From: Chloroflexota bacterium
GTDB lineage: Bacteria; Chloroflexota; Chloroflexia; QHBQ01
Assembly (NCBI GenBank): GCA_043754535.1
Contig: JAYUUN010000082.1
Location: 62,001 to 97,757 of the forward strand
DNA length: 35,757 bases
Direction: 5' to 3'
Positions 9,350 through 17,879 of the stretch are shown here, piece after piece. Position 1 is the stretch's first letter; each line of letters opens with the position of its first letter. A program made the position numbers and the translations under genes. The notes below the pieces were generated by a model. It did not search any database and was not told the DNA's origin. It worked only from the letters and a program-made list of their open reading frames with translations.

Positions 9350-9548
9350 GCTGTCCAGCGGGGCTGGTTTGGCAAGGCCATAGTGGGAGAAATCGCGAAA
9401 ACTGGTGCTGAACGGTAAGCTGTTTGGTAAGGTTGGGGTGGTATAATGGTTTGGTCTGGTACTTCTGGGCTATACACAAGGTAGTACTTTTGGAGGAACA
9501 AACTATCGAAGGCGGCCTGTTGTGGGGCCGTGAGAAAGAGAGAGCGAT

Positions 9549-9859
9549 ATGATGAACGGTAAAGTTCGTACCAACCTCGCACTGCTAACTGGCGGCCTAC
9601 TGTTGGCTGTCCTACTCAACCTGGGCAACCCAGCCCACGCCGCTAGTCTGACCGCTGGCGAACCGCCCCCCTCACCCACCGCCGTGATTGCGACCCTGTT
9701 CGCGTGATCATTGGTGAACCCATCAGTGTGGTCGCCACCCCCACCGCCAGCCCAGCACGTAGCGCAGCCCCACCCAGCCGCCGCGCGCAGACCGCCCCGC
9801 CAGCCGACCGCCTTGGCCGCCTGCTCAACTACCTGGATTGGCGGCACGGGCGGCGTTGA
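9549..9859 (+). pseudogene. Small secreted Pro/Thr-rich protein, not in ORF track; 52-aa ORF 9549..9707 with probable frameshifted continuation to 9859
   Basis: MMNGKVRTNLALLTGGLLLAVLLNLGNPAHA/AS signal peptide; TGnTATAAT at 9439..9447; one extra C at 9694..9696 extends it to PVRVIIGEP...RLGRLLNYLDWRHGRR*. Confidence 0.5.
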
Positions 9860-9886
9860 ACCACAGCACTGGCAACCAGTCCTCAC

Positions 9887-11530
9887 TTAATCCACGCCCA
9901 CCGCCTCCCCGTCACCACGTGGGTCAGCAAAGCCTGCATAGCCGTCGGCGGTGCGGCTGATCGCCTGGGCGTGGCCCATCTCCTCTGACCACGCACTGGC
10001 TACGTTGACGGTGTGGCCGAGTGCCTGCAACTGACGGCGCACGCTGGTCGGAAAGCGGCTCTCCATCAGCAGATCGGCGCGTTCGCCAGGGACGGTGCCA
10101 CCATGCACCCAGCGCGGGGCGGCAATGGCGGCGGCCACGTCCATGCCGAAGTCTGCTATGTTGCTGAAGACCTGCATCTGCGTCTGCGGCTGGCCGTCAG
10201 CCCCCCGCGTGCCAAAGGCCAGAGCGGGGTGGTCTTCGCCCTGGCGGTAGGCCATCGCTGGGATCAGGGTGTGGAAGGGCCGCTTACCTGGTTGCAGGCT
10301 ATTGGGGCTGCTTGCATCAAGCTGGAAGTAGGCACCGCGATTGTGCAGCACGATACCAGTATCGCCCGCAACAAAGCCCGCCCCAAACGCGAAGTAGATG
10401 CTCTGGATTAGCGAAACCACATTACCCCAGCGGTCTGCCGCGCAGAGGTAGATCGTGTCACCTCCGGCGGGCTGGCCCTGTGGCACAGTGCTAGCCGCGT
10501 GGTGGGGATCGAGCAGCTTGCGGCGTTCGGCGGCATAGTCGGCGGTGAGCAAGGCTGGCGGTAGCGGCACGAACGTGGGGTCGGCAATGCGACCCCGGTC
10601 GGCAAAAGCGATCTTCTTCGCCTCAACCAGGTGGTGGGTGGCGGCGGCACTGCCCGCCCCCATGCTACCGAGGTCGAAGCCGTCGAGGATGCCGAGGCCG
10701 AGGACTACTGCCAGCCCTTGCGTGTTGGGTGGCAGTTCGTAGACGCGGTAGCCACGATAGACCACGCTGATCGGCTCTACCCAGTCGGCGTGGTGGGTGA
10801 CGAAATCGGTGGTGGTGAGCAGACCTCCACGCTGCTGCACGTCCGCCGCGATGCTCTGCGCCAGCTTGCCACGATAGAAGCTCTCTGGGTCAGCAGCGAT
10901 CTGGGTCAGCGAACGGGCCAACTGGGGGTTACGCAGCGTTTCGCCAGCGGCTAGCAGGCGATTGCCAGGGTAGAAAATCGCCTTACCTTGCGGGTCGTTG
11001 CCGATGGTGTGGCGGGCCGAGCCAAGTGCGCTGTGCAGGCGGGGTGTGACCAAGAAGCCGTCGCGGGCAACAGCAATGGCGGCGGCTAGCACTGTAGCCC
11101 AGGGTAGCTTGCCAAAGCGCAGATGGGCTAGCAGCCAACCACTAACCGCCCCCGGCACCGTCACTGGCAGAGGGCCGCGCAGCGGCATCTCGCGCTGGCC
11201 CAGCTTGTGCAGCCGCGCGATGCTCGCCTCCTGAGCAGCCCGCCCGCTGCCATTCAGCCCCCACAGCTTGTCACTGTCACCGTCGTGGATTAGCATGAAG
11301 CCGTCACCGCCAATGCTGCACATATGCGGGTAGACCACGGTGAGGACGGCGTTGGCGGCAATCGCTGCGTCCACTGCGCTGCCACCCGCCTGCAAGATTG
11401 CGGCTCCAGCACGGCTAGCGAGGTAGTGGGGGCTGGCGACCATGCCCCCCCTGGCGTGGGCAGCAGCGATGGGCTTCTGGTCGGCAGGCAGGGTGGCGGT
11501 CGGTAGGGTTTGCATCGGCTGGCTCCTCAT
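9887..11530 (-). CDS. ggt: Gamma-glutamyltransferase family (Ntn hydrolase, cytoplasmic YwrD/HpxW-like)
   Basis: GGSAVDAAIAA, GGDGF, ELPPNTQG, GDTIYL nucleophile Thr, PGKRPFHT, ADPRGDG; no signal peptide. Confidence 0.92.
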   Translation of the reverse strand: MRSQPMQTLPTATLPADQKPIAAAHARGGMVASPHYLASRAGAAILQAGGSAVDAAIAANAVLTVVYPHMCSIGGDGFMLIHDGDSDKLWGLNGSGRAAQEASIARLHKLGQREMPLRGPLPVTVPGAVSGWLLAHLRFGKLPWATVLAAAIAVARDGFLVTPRLHSALGSARHTIGNDPQGKAIFYPGNRLLAAGETLRNPQLARSLTQIAADPESFYRGKLAQSIAADVQQRGGLLTTTDFVTHHADWVEPISVVYRGYRVYELPPNTQGLAVVLGLGILDGFDLGSMGAGSAAATHHLVEAKKIAFADRGRIADPTFVPLPPALLTADYAAERRKLLDPHHAASTVPQGQPAGGDTIYLCAADRWGNVVSLIQSIYFAFGAGFVAGDTGIVLHNRGAYFQLDASSPNSLQPGKRPFHTLIPAMAYRQGEDHPALAFGTRGADGQPQTQMQVFSNIADFGMDVAAAIAAPRWVHGGTVPGERADLLMESRFPTSVRRQLQALGHTVNVASAWSEEMGHAQAISRTADGYAGFADPRGDGEAVGVD

Positions 11531-11639
11531 GGTATAGTTAAGCTACTTTGTTGGCACAGCTTGTGCTGCAATGCCATTGTACAACAAAACGACGCTTCAC
11601 AGCACTTATGGCTCATGAGAACGAAAGAGGAAAACTGGC

Positions 11640-12131
11640 ATGAACCTGAACATGATTATCAAAGATGTAATGGCGAAGCTGGAGCGGGCTGACCATCCGC
11701 ACATCATCCTCAGCGGTCTGGCGGCAGGCAGTGCGTACCTGGCGGAGCAGCCACTGGACAACTGGCTGCTCGACTACAAGCACGATGACATCCAGTTGCA
11801 GGGGGAGATGTTCTTCGCCAACCCCTACTGGCGGCCAATCGGTCTCGCCCAGCACTACGCCTTTAGCCTAACTCTCACCTACCTCTACGTTCTCTATGGC
11901 CGCGACCGCTTGCCGGGACCAGAGTGGATGCGCGCCCTCCTCTTTATCAACGCAGAACTAGCCCTGCTCACCCCGCTCGTACTTCCCCTGGATAAGATTC
12001 ACCCGGCGGTCAGGCGCGGTGACATCCAGCCGCTTGGCACAGCGAAGGGGCTACTCAATCAGTTCATGCGCCATGCTGCCTTCGGTCTTGCCCTCGGCCT
12101 CAGCTGGGGCGCACTCCGCAAAGGCAAGTAG
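11640..12131 (+). CDS. Hypothetical membrane-associated protein with two helix-embedded His
   Basis: SD AGAGG; hydrophobic segments containing GLAQHYAF and RHAAFGLALG. Confidence 0.7.
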   Translation: MNLNMIIKDVMAKLERADHPHIILSGLAAGSAYLAEQPLDNWLLDYKHDDIQLQGEMFFANPYWRPIGLAQHYAFSLTLTYLYVLYGRDRLPGPEWMRALLFINAELALLTPLVLPLDKIHPAVRRGDIQPLGTAKGLLNQFMRHAAFGLALGLSWGALRKGK

Positions 12132-12242
12132 AAGCAGCACCGCTCATCAACCCCCTCCCCCCCCAATTCTGCGTTTGCACAAGTGTGGTATAATAATACT
12201 TGAGACGGTTCAGCGGCAGTTTACGGTGAGAGGAAGAAGCAC

Positions 12243-12656
12243 GTGGAAGACAAGCTGATCTTTACCAAAATTACCCCAGACGGACGTGACGTTAGCATAC
12301 GAGTTCACGACTACGGGGGAACGGCAGCGGCCCACCTCTACCTGGCTGGTGCCTACATCGAAGGGCCATCACTACCCACCCCCCTGCCGCGCAGCATGGT
12401 ACGGGGCAACTTGACCCACTATCTAGGGGGGGGCTTGCCTACAAATCGCAAGATTGCAGTCGGCTTCACCCGTGCCGAAGCGCAAGAGATTAGAGCAGCT
12501 ATCGTCGCCGAACGCCAGCCGACCCCTAGCCCTCGTCGCGTCCATGCCGCCCAGGTAGCAGCGGCGGCGGCCCAGGCGACTCAGGCTGCCGCTGCTGCTG
12601 CTCAAGCTGCTCAGCTTGCTGCCAGCCCAGAGCCTGAAGGGGCAATCAAGAGCTAA
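12243..12656 (+). CDS. Hypothetical protein with Ala/Gln-rich tail
   Basis: TGnTATAAT at 12186..12194, SD GAGGA, GTG start, globular N-terminal ~90 aa. Confidence 0.7.
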   Translation: MEDKLIFTKITPDGRDVSIRVHDYGGTAAAHLYLAGAYIEGPSLPTPLPRSMVRGNLTHYLGGGLPTNRKIAVGFTRAEAQEIRAAIVAERQPTPSPRRVHAAQVAAAAAQATQAAAAAAQAAQLAASPEPEGAIKS

Positions 12657-12728
12657 CCCAGCCTGACCCCTGGGCTGCGCCCCCTGGTAGGCGGGCGCAT
12701 TGCTTTGCCTGCTGGCTACGGCCTGCCT

Positions 12729-13022
12729 TCACTCCCCCCGATCATCACCCTTCGGCTGGGCAGCATCGCGCAGGAGGGCGGCCATCCGCCGATTGCCTTC
12801 TTCCATTTCGTGGGCGTGGCGGACTAGCCGCAGCCTGGCTGCCCTGTTGTTACTCACCACCGAGGTGGCAGCGGCAATAGTGGCAACCAACAGTACCGCC
12901 GTTGCCAACAATACGTCCTTCGTGCTGAACAGGTAGATTGTGCCAAAGACCCCAGCCACTGCCAGCAAAGTAGAGATGCCACTGATCAGCAGCAGGTTGC
13001 GTTCGCTCATGCTTACCCTCAC
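12729..13022 (-). CDS. Small two-TM membrane protein
   Basis: Two hydrophobic helices then a charged coiled tail; own promoter upstream. Confidence 0.65.
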   Translation of the reverse strand: MRVSMSERNLLLISGISTLLAVAGVFGTIYLFSTKDVLLATAVLLVATIAAATSVVSNNRAARLRLVRHAHEMEEGNRRMAALLRDAAQPKGDDRGE

Positions 13023-13061
13023 ACGGCCTCCCCCTCAAGGGGAGAGGGGCCAGACGGAACT

Positions 13062-13112
13062 ATTATACTCAAGCGCGGGCGGTTTGACAATCGGGGCTGC
13101 TTAGGCTATAAA
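13062..13112. promoter_or_regulatory. Back-to-back sigma70 promoters with overlapping -35 elements
   Basis: Plus strand: TTGACA(13084)-17-TATAAA(13107). Minus strand: TTGTCA(13090)-17-TATAAT(13067). Confidence 0.75.
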
Positions 13113-13157
13113 GGGGCGTACAGCCCCAGCACTCGCCACTAAGCTAGAGGAGATTCG

Positions 13158-14702
13158 ATGATCAGACACCGCCGCTACCGATTGGCCTGCCTGCTAATGC
13201 TGCTGCTGGCAGGTTGCGACCTGGCAGCCGACCCCCCCCCGATTGCGCTCACCCTACCGCCGCAGCCGCTGGCGACAGCGACGCTGGCTACCCAGCCGAG
13301 CGCGACCGTCGCCCGGCCAGCAATCAATGATGCAACAGCCACTACCACCCTGGCTGCTGCCACTAGCGTGAGCGCAACCTCTGTGCTGACGGTCAACACC
13401 CCAGTACCGTACCTGCCGCAGGCGGTGCCGGCTAGCCGCCGCTTCCTCTACGTCACCAACGGTGGCACCCTGCGCTTGCGCGACGGTGAGGGGGTTGTGG
13501 ATAAAGCGGTCAGTGCGCCTGCTGCCTTCGGCAAGGTGGATTACGGGTTGGATTTCGCCGCGCAGCACATGATCCGCTGGTCGCCTGATGGCCGCTACCT
13601 CATCTACGCCAACACCACCACGGGCGGCCTGGATTTGGTGGAGGTGGAGAAGGCGATGGCGGGCGAGGTGGACGATGCTCTCATCCACCTGGACACGCCG
13701 GGGGTCAATCGGGTGGGCTGGTCGGGCGATAGCCGCTATTTGGCGATCTCGCAGCGTGCCACCGACGGTGACGGCTACGAACTGGCAGTGGTCGGCACCA
13801 ACGGCAAGCTGCTGGCGAATGCGCCGACCAGCGACCTGCGCGACTTCGCCTGGTCGCCCAATAAAGCGGTGCTAGCCTACAGCATCCCGGTTAGTGGCAC
13901 CGAGCTTGGCCCTCCCTTTGGCGAAGTCTACACCTTGACCGTTGCGGGCGAACAACTAAGTGCGCCTAGCCTGGTCAGCAAGGATGGTGAACACCCCCAG
14001 TGGTCGCCCGACGGCAAGCTGCTAGCCTACTGGCGGCTGAAGGGACTGGGTGGCGATCCTTTCGACTTCAGCGTGCGCGTAGTTGCCACCGCTGGCACCG
14101 AGCAGGAGCTTGGCACCTGGAGCAGCACCGACCAGCCCGATTTTGCCCCTACCCTCTGGAACGGTGGCTACATCTATGCCAACCTGGCCCTCGACGCGGT
14201 GGGCAAGCCGCTCGACGACCTCTGGAGCTACCGCAAGGGCAGCGGACGAGCAATCATCTGGTCGCCCGACGCGAAACCGACCGGCGCAAGGGTAGCAGTG
14301 ATCGACGGCTACGCTAGCCAGAGCCGCGACTTGCTGCTGATCACTATCCCTGGCAACCGTGTTTTCAACGTCTTTGAAGCAGTGGGTAACGCCGAGGCTG
14401 GTGATACGCTCTACGAAGCGGCCTTTGCCGCCAGCAATCGCTATCTCGCCTTCAACGCCCTCGACCAAAGTAGCGCAGGGGGGAGCTATCGCGCCTTCAC
14501 CCAGCGCAGCGACGGCGACTTTGCCCCCCTCTCGCTGGGCCGCGACCTCACGCTAGCGGGCTGGGGTGCAAACGCAAACGGCAGTGACCTGCTCCTCAGC
14601 CAAAGCCGCACCAACAACACCTTCTATCTGGCTACTGCCCCCGACTTCAAGCTGAAGGCCGCTGGTCAGGGCGTGGCTCTGGGCTGGCAGCCGGTCCGCT
14701 AA
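13158..14702 (+). CDS. Lipoprotein with TolB-like/PD40 beta-propeller
   Basis: Lipobox LLAGC, Thr/Ala linker, repeated WSPDG/WSGDS/WSPN motifs. Confidence 0.85.
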   Translation: MIRHRRYRLACLLMLLLAGCDLAADPPPIALTLPPQPLATATLATQPSATVARPAINDATATTTLAAATSVSATSVLTVNTPVPYLPQAVPASRRFLYVTNGGTLRLRDGEGVVDKAVSAPAAFGKVDYGLDFAAQHMIRWSPDGRYLIYANTTTGGLDLVEVEKAMAGEVDDALIHLDTPGVNRVGWSGDSRYLAISQRATDGDGYELAVVGTNGKLLANAPTSDLRDFAWSPNKAVLAYSIPVSGTELGPPFGEVYTLTVAGEQLSAPSLVSKDGEHPQWSPDGKLLAYWRLKGLGGDPFDFSVRVVATAGTEQELGTWSSTDQPDFAPTLWNGGYIYANLALDAVGKPLDDLWSYRKGSGRAIIWSPDAKPTGARVAVIDGYASQSRDLLLITIPGNRVFNVFEAVGNAEAGDTLYEAAFAASNRYLAFNALDQSSAGGSYRAFTQRSDGDFAPLSLGRDLTLAGWGANANGSDLLLSQSRTNNTFYLATAPDFKLKAAGQGVALGWQPVR

Positions 14703-14721
14703 GGGGAGCGGGGCGGGCTGG

Positions 14722-16212
14722 TCACGCCAAATCCAGGGCGATCAGCCGCGCTGCCGCCGTACCGCTGAGGGTAACAAGCGGGATGCCGCCACCGGGGTGG
14801 GTGCTACCCCCCGCGAAGTACAGCCCGCCGATGCTGGCCCGCAGGGGAGGCCGGGCGAAGGCAGCGAACCTACTGTTAGATGAGAGGCCGTAGATCGCCC
14901 CGCGCCACGCACCGTAGTGTTCGGCGAGGTCGCTGGGGGTGATCACCTGCTCGTACTCTAGCCCAGCGTGGAAGTCCAGGCCGAAGTTTGCCAGCCGCGC
15001 CAGGATGATCTCGCGATAACGGTCTTTGTGCCGCGCCCACCAGTCACCCCCGGTGCGCGCCGTCAGGTATGGAGCGTTGACCAGGATGAAGATGTTCTCG
15101 CTACCCGCTGGTGCCTGGGTTGGGTCGGCTTTGCTGGTCGCAGTCACGTAGATAGTCGGCTGCATGGAGGGTTGCTTGCGCCCGAACAGGTCGGCGAACT
15201 CAGCCCGATAATCGGGGCTGAAGAAGATGTTGTGGTGGCTAAGCTGCGGGTAGTTGCCGCGCACACCCAGCAGCACGACGAAGCCGCTGCAACTTGGCTC
15301 GATGGCCGCTAGCCGTTGGTCGGGGTAGCGCGGGCGGTCGGCGGGCGCGAGCAGCTTACTGTAGCTGTGTAGCACGTCGGCGTTGGTCAGCACTGCTCGC
15401 GCCCGCACCAGCTCGCCGCTTACCAACTCCACCCCCACTGCCCTGCCACCCTCTACTACAATGCGCTGCACCGCAGTTGAGGTAGTGATACACGCGCCCT
15501 CCTCCTCGGCCAGCCGCGCCAGGGCCTCGGCGATGCGGTACATCCCCCCTTGCACGTACCACGCGCCGAAGCCGTACTCCACGTAGGGGATCACGTTGAG
15601 CGTAGCCGGGGCGCGATAGGGGTCGGAGCCGTTGTAGGTAGCGTAGCGGTCGAACAGTTGGCGCAGGCGTGGGTCGCGGAAGAAGCGACTGACGCTGCGG
15701 TGGACGGTACTAAATGCGTCAATCTGGAGCGGGTCGAGAGGGCGGCGGCGCAGGGCGGTCAGCACGTTGCGCGGGGTGAGGTCGCCATAGATGAACACCT
15801 CGGCGGTGCGCTCATAGATGCCTTTGCTGTAGGCAAGAAAGCGGCGGTAGCCCTCCCCCTCGCCACAAAGCGCATCAATAGCAGCGGCCATGCGGTCAGC
15901 ATCAGCGGACGCGTCCAGCGTACTACCGTCGGGCCAACGGTAGCGACAGATCGGCTCAACCGGGGTGAGGGTCAGGTAGTCTGCTAGCCGCTTGCCCATT
16001 GCGGCAAAGTGGTCGCGCAGCACTTGCGGCATAGTTAGCAGGCTAGGGCCGGTATCGAAGCGGTAGCCGCCCGCCTCTACCAGATTGAGCTTGCCGCCCA
16101 CCCGCTCGTTCTGCTCGTAGACTGCCACGCGCAAGCCACCGCCAGCCAGCCGCGCTGCCGCCGTCAGTCCGCCGATGCCCGCCCCTACAATCACTACGTC
16201 AAAGCTCTCCAC
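14722..16212 (-). CDS. Phytoene desaturase (CrtI/CrtN/CrtP) family FAD oxidoreductase
   Basis: VIVGAGIGGL, GYRFDTGPSLLTMP, YATYNGSDP, HHNIFFS, LYFAGGSTHPGGGIPLV. Confidence 0.9.
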   Translation of the reverse strand: MESFDVVIVGAGIGGLTAAARLAGGGLRVAVYEQNERVGGKLNLVEAGGYRFDTGPSLLTMPQVLRDHFAAMGKRLADYLTLTPVEPICRYRWPDGSTLDASADADRMAAAIDALCGEGEGYRRFLAYSKGIYERTAEVFIYGDLTPRNVLTALRRRPLDPLQIDAFSTVHRSVSRFFRDPRLRQLFDRYATYNGSDPYRAPATLNVIPYVEYGFGAWYVQGGMYRIAEALARLAEEEGACITTSTAVQRIVVEGGRAVGVELVSGELVRARAVLTNADVLHSYSKLLAPADRPRYPDQRLAAIEPSCSGFVVLLGVRGNYPQLSHHNIFFSPDYRAEFADLFGRKQPSMQPTIYVTATSKADPTQAPAGSENIFILVNAPYLTARTGGDWWARHKDRYREIILARLANFGLDFHAGLEYEQVITPSDLAEHYGAWRGAIYGLSSNSRFAAFARPPLRASIGGLYFAGGSTHPGGGIPLVTLSGTAAARLIALDLA

Positions 16213-16338
16213 TAGCTACCCTGCTTTCCCTGCTGAAGGTTGACCATTCGCGCATCTACCCGACTATACGTGGCTGGGCAGTGGTCGTCAAGGATGCAGA
16301 CACCCCCGTAATCGCTAGAACGTGCTATAATAGGGGGG

Positions 16339-17229
16339 ATGACTATGAAGATGACCCAGCCACAAGCCAAACCGCCGTTCGCTGTCTACCTGTTTGCCTA
16401 CGTGCGCCTGATGCACCCCTGGCCGGTGCTGATGGTGATGCTGGCAGCAACAATGCTGGCTCTGCTGGCGGCGGGTGGCAGGCTGGACGCACTGCGCTTG
16501 CTACACGTGCTGCTGACGGTCTTCCTCTCCCAGTACGCGATTGGTGCGCTGAACGAATACTGCGACCGCGACCTGGACGCGCAGGCTGCCCGCCCGAAGC
16601 CGATAGCTGAAGGGCTGGTGCGGCCCAGCGTTGCCCTGGCCCTGGCCTGGGGTAGCTTCGCGCTGATGGCATTGCTAGCAGCCCCTTTCGGCCCGCTACT
16701 CTGGCTGCTCTGCCTGCTGGCGGGCGCGAGCGGGATGCTCTACGACCTCGGCCTCAAGCGCACCTGGTTTAGCTGGCTACCCTATTTCGTCTCTTTCCCG
16801 CTGCTGCCGATCTGGGTGGCCAGTGCTATGCGCGGTGAGTTTGCACCCCGCCTGCTCTGGCTGCTGCCAGTGCTGGGCAGCCTGGTTGTCGGCCTACACC
16901 TGAGCAACAGCCTGCCCGACGTAGAGTTGGACAAGGCGCAGGGTAGCCGTTCGCTGGCGGTCGCCCTCGGCCTGCGGGGGGGTATACTGGCCTGCTGGCT
17001 CTCCTACGCTCTCGCGCAGATGGTCTCGCTGGTACTATTGCTCACCCCCCTCTTTGCGACGCAGCGGAGAGCGTTGGCCCTGGCGGTGGTCGCCTCGGTG
17101 CTGGCCCTGCTAGCCAGCGTTGCAGTCTATCAACGTGACCCCAGCCCACGTGGGCGGCAGCTACTCTTTCGCCTGCTCGGCTTCAGCGCGATGCCGCTGG
17201 TCGGGGGCTGGCTGGTAGCCTTGACCTGA
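16339..17229 (+). CDS. UbiA family prenyltransferase
   Basis: Multi-TM; NEYCDRDLD...KPIAEG, LYDLGLK and NSLPDVELD Asp-rich motifs. Confidence 0.88.
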   Translation: MTMKMTQPQAKPPFAVYLFAYVRLMHPWPVLMVMLAATMLALLAAGGRLDALRLLHVLLTVFLSQYAIGALNEYCDRDLDAQAARPKPIAEGLVRPSVALALAWGSFALMALLAAPFGPLLWLLCLLAGASGMLYDLGLKRTWFSWLPYFVSFPLLPIWVASAMRGEFAPRLLWLLPVLGSLVVGLHLSNSLPDVELDKAQGSRSLAVALGLRGGILACWLSYALAQMVSLVLLLTPLFATQRRALALAVVASVLALLASVAVYQRDPSPRGRQLLFRLLGFSAMPLVGGWLVALT

Positions 17230-17245
17230 GCCTGCCGCGCTTGCT

Positions 17246-17764
17246 TCAGAACCGCAGCAGGCTCATCATCTCATACTGCTCAAGCAGCTTGCGCCCATGC
17301 AAGAAGTCTAGCTCGATTAGAAAGAGTACGCCGCTGACAATGCCACCTGCCTGCTCCACCAGGTCACAACTCGCGCGGGTGGTGCCGCCGGTCGCCAGCA
17401 AGTCATCTACGACCAGCACGCGCTCACCCTTGCTCACCGCATCTACGTGCATCTCCACCGTATTGCTGCCGTATTCCAGCTCGTAGGCAACGTTGATCGT
17501 CTTGCCGGGTAGTTTGCCGAGCTTGCGAACTGGCACCAGCCCCACTCCCAGCCGATAGGCGACTGGCGCGCCAAAGATGAAGCCCCGCGACTCGATAGCC
17601 ACTACCTTGTCTATGCGGATCTCCCGGTCACGCACCAGAGCCACCAGTTCGTCAATCGCCTGGTTGAAGGCGGCCCCATCCTGCAACAGAGTGGTGATGT
17701 CCTTAAAGAGGATGCCGGGGCTGGGGAAGTCGGCTACATCGCGTATTTTGCTGCTCAGTTCCAT
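17246..17764 (-). CDS. apt: Adenine phosphoribosyltransferase
   Basis: DFPSPGILFKDITTLL, ESRGFIFG, RKLGKLP, YELEYG, VVDDLLATGGT. Confidence 0.97.
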   Translation of the reverse strand: MELSSKIRDVADFPSPGILFKDITTLLQDGAAFNQAIDELVALVRDREIRIDKVVAIESRGFIFGAPVAYRLGVGLVPVRKLGKLPGKTINVAYELEYGSNTVEMHVDAVSKGERVLVVDDLLATGGTTRASCDLVEQAGGIVSGVLFLIELDFLHGRKLLEQYEMMSLLRF

Positions 17765-17879
17765 GCTGTTCTCCTTTGCTAGCTGGTTTGGGGGACGCTG
17801 AAGGGGCGCACCAGCCAGTGCGCCCCTCCATTATACTACGTTTCAGCCCCCAACTTGCCCTGCTCTTGCGAAGGGTGGC

